Below are positions 60,163-64,000 of a stretch of 64,000 bases of DNA, piece after piece (within the stretch, counting starts at the first letter, position 1; every line of letters starts with the position of its first letter). The notes beneath the pieces are model-generated. The model ran no database searches. It was not told the origin of the DNA and worked only from the letters and a program-made list of their open reading frames with translations. Position numbers and translations under genes: made by a program. The DNA lies in the NCBI GenBank assembly GCA_965218465.1, contig OZ244623.1, forward strand, positions 2,868,097 to 2,932,096, written 5' to 3'. This DNA comes from Acidobacteriota bacterium. GTDB taxonomy: Bacteria > Acidobacteriota > UBA6911 > RPQK01 > G965218465.

Positions 60163-61577
60163 TGCTCGCAATCGAAGTCGAGCTGCTACACGGAACCTTC
60201 CGCGGGGACCCGGACGGAACCGCCAACACCGGGGGCTTGACCCGCGGCGAATGGCCACCCGCTCCCGCACGCCTCTTCGCAGCGATCGTGGCCGCCGACG
60301 GGACCGGGGATCGATGCCGCGTTACCGATGGTTCCGAGCTGGAGTGGTTCGAGCGACTTCCTCCGCCAGTGATCCACGCCGATGCCGCTCCGTGCCATCA
60401 GCGACTCAGGCGGCGCTATGTGGTCCGGCACGAAGGCAGCGCCGCGAAGTCGACTCATCCGCAATACCTCGGCAGGATTCCCGTTGAGATCCGTCCAGGT
60501 GTACGTGTTGCCCCGCGGGAACCCCACGTCGTCTACGTCTGGGACGTGCAGGCATCCGGCGAAATGGTCGATGCCCTCCGGCGCAGGGCCGCTCGAGTCG
60601 GCTATCTCGGAGCAGCCGACTCCCCCGTACGCATGCGGGTTGGAACGAGTGCCCCGGAACTAGAGGCTTTCGAGGAGCCCTTCGTGCCCGACCCGGCAGG
60701 TACTGTGGAAATCTGCGTTCCCGAACAGGGGGACCTGCAAGTACTCGACACTATGTACCAGGCTTGGACCAAGCACGGAGCCAACATCGCCCGCACCCAG
60801 TTCGGTGCGCTTCGCCATCAGGTCAGCTACCGTGCTCCGGGCCGTGCCCAAAGGCAAGATTTGGGCTTAGTCGTTGCTTGGTTGCGTTTGGAAGACGCTG
60901 TTTCGGGCCGACGGGTCTCGGTGGTGACAAACATATTCAAGAAAGCTGTGCTCAGTCGTCATCAGGACATGCACGGTGAGCCACCACCGGTTCTTCATGG
61001 GCACGGCTTCAAGGGCAAGGGCTTCGATTTGGCACGATTTCTGGCCCTGCCTGACGCGGGATTCCCCCGGTCCCGTGGGCGTATTCACGGGATCGCCCTC
61101 TGGCTGCCTCCCGGCTGCAAGCCTGACCTGCAGTCTCGGGTCACGGAAGTGGCGTACTCGATCCGCCGCCTGACCGGAGCTGGTGTGGATGTGGCGGTGA
61201 GTCCGTGGATCGACGAAGACCGCCCTGTCGCTTCCAACCCTACACGGTGGACGCGGAAAAGCCGCTGCTGGGTCACAGCGTTTCCGGCTCTTCACGAGCG
61301 CCGGGGCGAACTCGACCTGCAAGAAGTTGCGCGGTGGTGTAGGCACGCAGGCCTTCCTCCGCCCCGCGCTTTCCGGTCGGCTCGCTGTCCGCTTGTTCGC
61401 GGTGCCGTGGACTTGGCCCCGATTGAGGCAAACCGGCCCGGGCGGCCTGGGCTTCCGTATTCCCACCTCAAGATCTGGTTCAACCAGCCCGTGACCGGCC
61501 CGGTGGTCATAGGGGCGGGTCGGCAGCGGGGCCTTGGACTATGTGTGGACGCTGACGATCGCGAGGGCGATGCATGA
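60162..61577 (+). CDS. type I-G (I-U) Cas5/Cas6-fusion family protein (Csb2/GSU0054-like)
   Basis: GTG 60162 overlaps the csb1 stop (TAGTG). N-terminus ...LLHGTFRGDPDGTANTGGLTRGEWPPAPARLFAAIVAADG matches the Csb2 'EWPP.P.RLF.ALVAA' signature. The listed ORF 60078 start lies inside csb1. Confidence 0.6.
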   Translation: MLAIEVELLHGTFRGDPDGTANTGGLTRGEWPPAPARLFAAIVAADGTGDRCRVTDGSELEWFERLPPPVIHADAAPCHQRLRRRYVVRHEGSAAKSTHPQYLGRIPVEIRPGVRVAPREPHVVYVWDVQASGEMVDALRRRAARVGYLGAADSPVRMRVGTSAPELEAFEEPFVPDPAGTVEICVPEQGDLQVLDTMYQAWTKHGANIARTQFGALRHQVSYRAPGRAQRQDLGLVVAWLRLEDAVSGRRVSVVTNIFKKAVLSRHQDMHGEPPPVLHGHGFKGKGFDLARFLALPDAGFPRSRGRIHGIALWLPPGCKPDLQSRVTEVAYSIRRLTGAGVDVAVSPWIDEDRPVASNPTRWTRKSRCWVTAFPALHERRGELDLQEVARWCRHAGLPPPRAFRSARCPLVRGAVDLAPIEANRPGRPGLPYSHLKIWFNQPVTGPVVIGAGRQRGLGLCVDADDREGDA

Positions 61578-64000
61578 GCGAAGGCCCCGGGCTGGACTTC
61601 ATGCCCACGTTCCCCGCGTTCTATCGGGCAATCAATAACCGTTCACCATTCCCTTGGCAGGCGCGCCTCGCAAACCAGGTTGCCCAGGACGAGACGTGGC
61701 CCGTGGAGGTCGGCATCCCGACCGGGCTCGGAAAGACCGCCTGCTTGGACATCGCGGTTTGGTGGCTCGCTTCCCAAGCGGATCGGCTTCCGGAGGAGCG
61801 TACTGCACCTACCCGGATTTGGTGGCTGGTGAATCGGCGGCTCCTGGTGGATTCCACGGCCGAACATGCCAAGGCAATCCGACGGGCACTTTTGGATCCA
61901 CAAGCGGTCGGAATCAATGGCAACGGGACGCTCGTGATGCGCGCCGCGGCAGCTCGCCTCCGTGCGCTAGCCGCGGATAGTAATTCTGATCCGCTGGAGG
62001 TGATTCGCCTTCGTGGCGGAGTCCAGTCACGCGTTCCCACCGACCCGTCGCGACCCTCCGTTTTGCTGTCCACCCTGCCGATGTTCGGCTCTCGTCTCCT
62101 GTTTCGTGGCTACGGCTCAAGTCGCTCGATGCGCCCCATTGACGCCGCGCTCAGCAGCACGGACAGCCTGGTTCTGGTTGACGAAGCTCATTTGGCCAAG
62201 CACTTGATCCGCCTCGTGCCGGGTCTCGCCGAGTGCATCCGGTACGCCCGGCCCGTCCTGGGCCGCAGGAGATCGAGACCTCAGGTGGTGGCGCTGACCG
62301 CGACGGGCGACGCGTCGGTCCACGATCGATTCGACCTCGATGCCGACGACGAGGCCAATCCGATCGTACGACAGCGTCTCGATGCATCGAAATCGATGCG
62401 AGTCCGGTCGGTGGCGCGCGATGCCGCAAAGGGGATGGTGCAGGAAACCCGATTGCTCCTGAAACAGGCAGCCAGACCGGCGAACTGCATCGTGTTCGCC
62501 AACACACCGGCGACAGCCAGAGCTGTCTATGACGAGCTTACCTCCACGCGCGGGAAGGGCTTCGGCCACCCGTCCGATATCGTCCTGCTGACAGGGCGAA
62601 CGCGAGAGCGTGAGGCCGAACGAACCCGCGAGCGCGTCCTGGATCGGGCCAACGGCATGCCAGCGTCCCGTGATCCCGCGGCTCTGCGGGAACGCCACCT
62701 GATCGTTGTCGCCACGCAAACGCTTGAAGTGGGCGCCGACATCGACGCCGAGTACTTGGTGACGGAGACATGTGGCGTACGCGCACTGACGCAGCGGCTG
62801 GGGCGTCTCAACCGCCTTGGCCTGTTCGAACACGCCAAGGCAGTCTACGTTCACGCGCCGGCTCGAAAGCGTAAGGGGCAACCGACCGGTGCTGCCCCGG
62901 AGTGGCCGGTCTACGGGACCGAGCCGGCGAGAGTGCTTGCGCGGCTTGAGAAGGCGATGGATGGTGCGGGCGCTGCCAAGGTGTCACCTCGCAATGTTGC
63001 CACAGTGCTTGGCAAGCCGGGAGACGACGCCGACCGCGCCCCGGAGATCTTGCCGGGTCTCCTCTGGGAATGGGTGAAGACGACTACGCCACCCGAAGGC
63101 GAAGCGCCGGTCGAATTGTATTTCTCGGGCATTTCCGGCGCCAACTACGCTGTGTCTCTGATCTGGCGCGCGCATGTTCCAACCCAAGGAGAACGACTGT
63201 GGCCGCGGGCAAGCGACCGAGAGGCCATCGCGGTGCCGATCGGCGAGGTGCGCCAAGCGCTGGAGAGCGACGGCGAATTGCGAAGGCTCACCTCTGACGG
63301 TGTCACCATCGAGACTGTGGCACCGGGCGAGATTCGTCCCGGCGATGTCCTTGTGCTGGCCATCGACCGAGGACTTCTGGATGAATTCGGGTGGAATCCG
63401 AATTCATCACTCCCGGTCGTCGACATGTCCATCGAGACACACGGCGTGCCCGTGCATGCTGACGCGCTGAAACGACTGTGCGGCGTGGGGGTTGGTAGTC
63501 TCGTCAACACGGCGCTGGGGATCGTCCCGGACGACGCGGATGTAGATGAGGCCGATCAGGCTTCCGCCGTCGTGGAGATTGTCGAGGCCCTGAAGGTCAC
63601 GACCGCGTTTGGTTGGGATGAGACCGAGTGGAACGAGGTCCTATCCAAAATCCAGCCACGGGTGATCAGCTCAGCCAACGAAGTTTCTCGTCTCGTTCTC
63701 CAGAAACCAGTGGATCCCGGGGAGCGGAGCGATGAACTAGATGAGACTTCGCTGGCGGCGAGCGCCGTCGAACTGGAAGCTCACGGGGTGGCCGTCGGAG
63801 CCCACGCGCGGTTGATCGCGGAGCGTATCGGAATCTCCAGCGAACTCGTCGAAATCCTGGACCTTGCCGGCCTCCTGCACGATGTGGGGAAGGCCGAATC
63901 GCGCTTTCAGCGGTGGCTTGATCCACAAGCCAAGTCGCCCAAGCTTCTCGCCAAGTCCAGCACGCCGCGACATCGTTGGGCCGCTACGCGCAAGGTAGCA
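61574..64000 (+). CDS. cas3: Cas3 helicase-nuclease, type I-G(U) arrangement (helicase N-terminal, HD domain C-terminal); 3' end beyond window
   Basis: ATG 61574 overlaps the csb2 stop (ATGA). Motif I GIPTGLGKTA, motif II LVLVDEAHL, motif VI-like QRLGRLNR. Near the window end ...HARLIAERIG...LAGLLHDVGKAESRF is an HD motif. Open reading frame with no stop through 64000. Confidence 0.8.
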   Translation, partial: MSEGPGLDFMPTFPAFYRAINNRSPFPWQARLANQVAQDETWPVEVGIPTGLGKTACLDIAVWWLASQADRLPEERTAPTRIWWLVNRRLLVDSTAEHAKAIRRALLDPQAVGINGNGTLVMRAAAARLRALAADSNSDPLEVIRLRGGVQSRVPTDPSRPSVLLSTLPMFGSRLLFRGYGSSRSMRPIDAALSSTDSLVLVDEAHLAKHLIRLVPGLAECIRYARPVLGRRRSRPQVVALTATGDASVHDRFDLDADDEANPIVRQRLDASKSMRVRSVARDAAKGMVQETRLLLKQAARPANCIVFANTPATARAVYDELTSTRGKGFGHPSDIVLLTGRTREREAERTRERVLDRANGMPASRDPAALRERHLIVVATQTLEVGADIDAEYLVTETCGVRALTQRLGRLNRLGLFEHAKAVYVHAPARKRKGQPTGAAPEWPVYGTEPARVLARLEKAMDGAGAAKVSPRNVATVLGKPGDDADRAPEILPGLLWEWVKTTTPPEGEAPVELYFSGISGANYAVSLIWRAHVPTQGERLWPRASDREAIAVPIGEVRQALESDGELRRLTSDGVTIETVAPGEIRPGDVLVLAIDRGLLDEFGWNPNSSLPVVDMSIETHGVPVHADALKRLCGVGVGSLVNTALGIVPDDADVDEADQASAVVEIVEALKVTTAFGWDETEWNEVLSKIQPRVISSANEVSRLVLQKPVDPGERSDELDETSLAASAVELEAHGVAVGAHARLIAERIGISSELVEILDLAGLLHDVGKAESRFQRWLDPQAKSPKLLAKSSTPRHRWAATRKVA

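Overview
This is a high-GC bacterial chromosomal window, probably Acidobacteriota-like (VWA-domain protein, TPR-cytochrome fusions). It mixes housekeeping genes (katG, AddAB-type helicase-nuclease, class II DAHP synthase, oligoendopeptidase F, methylmalonate-semialdehyde dehydrogenase, NSS and MFS transporters, a corrinoid methyltransferase pair) with several accessory/defence segments. The main finding is a ~15.3 kb insertion (about 19.42-34.75 kb) bounded by ~105-bp direct repeats that duplicate the 3' end of an MFS transporter gene. It carries one tightly packed seven-gene minus-strand operon. In transcription order these are: a C5-cytosine methyltransferase with an N-terminal extra domain; a 1015-aa protein with a long acidic disordered N-terminus; a 298-aa protein; a 1843-aa split DExH helicase with Zn-ribbons and a DUF1998-like C-terminus (Druantia DruE-like / DISARM DrmA-like); a RecB/Cas4-like PD-(D/E)xK nuclease; Vsr; and a PUA/EVE-like-HNH nuclease. 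I read this as a Druantia type II-like (DruM-F-G-E) core extended by a nuclease/Vsr/HNH module. No integrase lies between the repeats. Other accessory content: a decayed mobile-element remnant (integrase N-terminal fragment) at the left edge; a solitary GmrSD-like type IV restriction enzyme; a frameshifted VapC; a DUF2971 protein; a secreted endostatin-like protein; and at the right edge a type I-G(I-U)-like cas operon (csb1-csb2-cas3 with HD at the C-terminus, truncated by the window end) with no CRISPR array in view. All assignments rest on motif recognition by eye; no database searches were possible.
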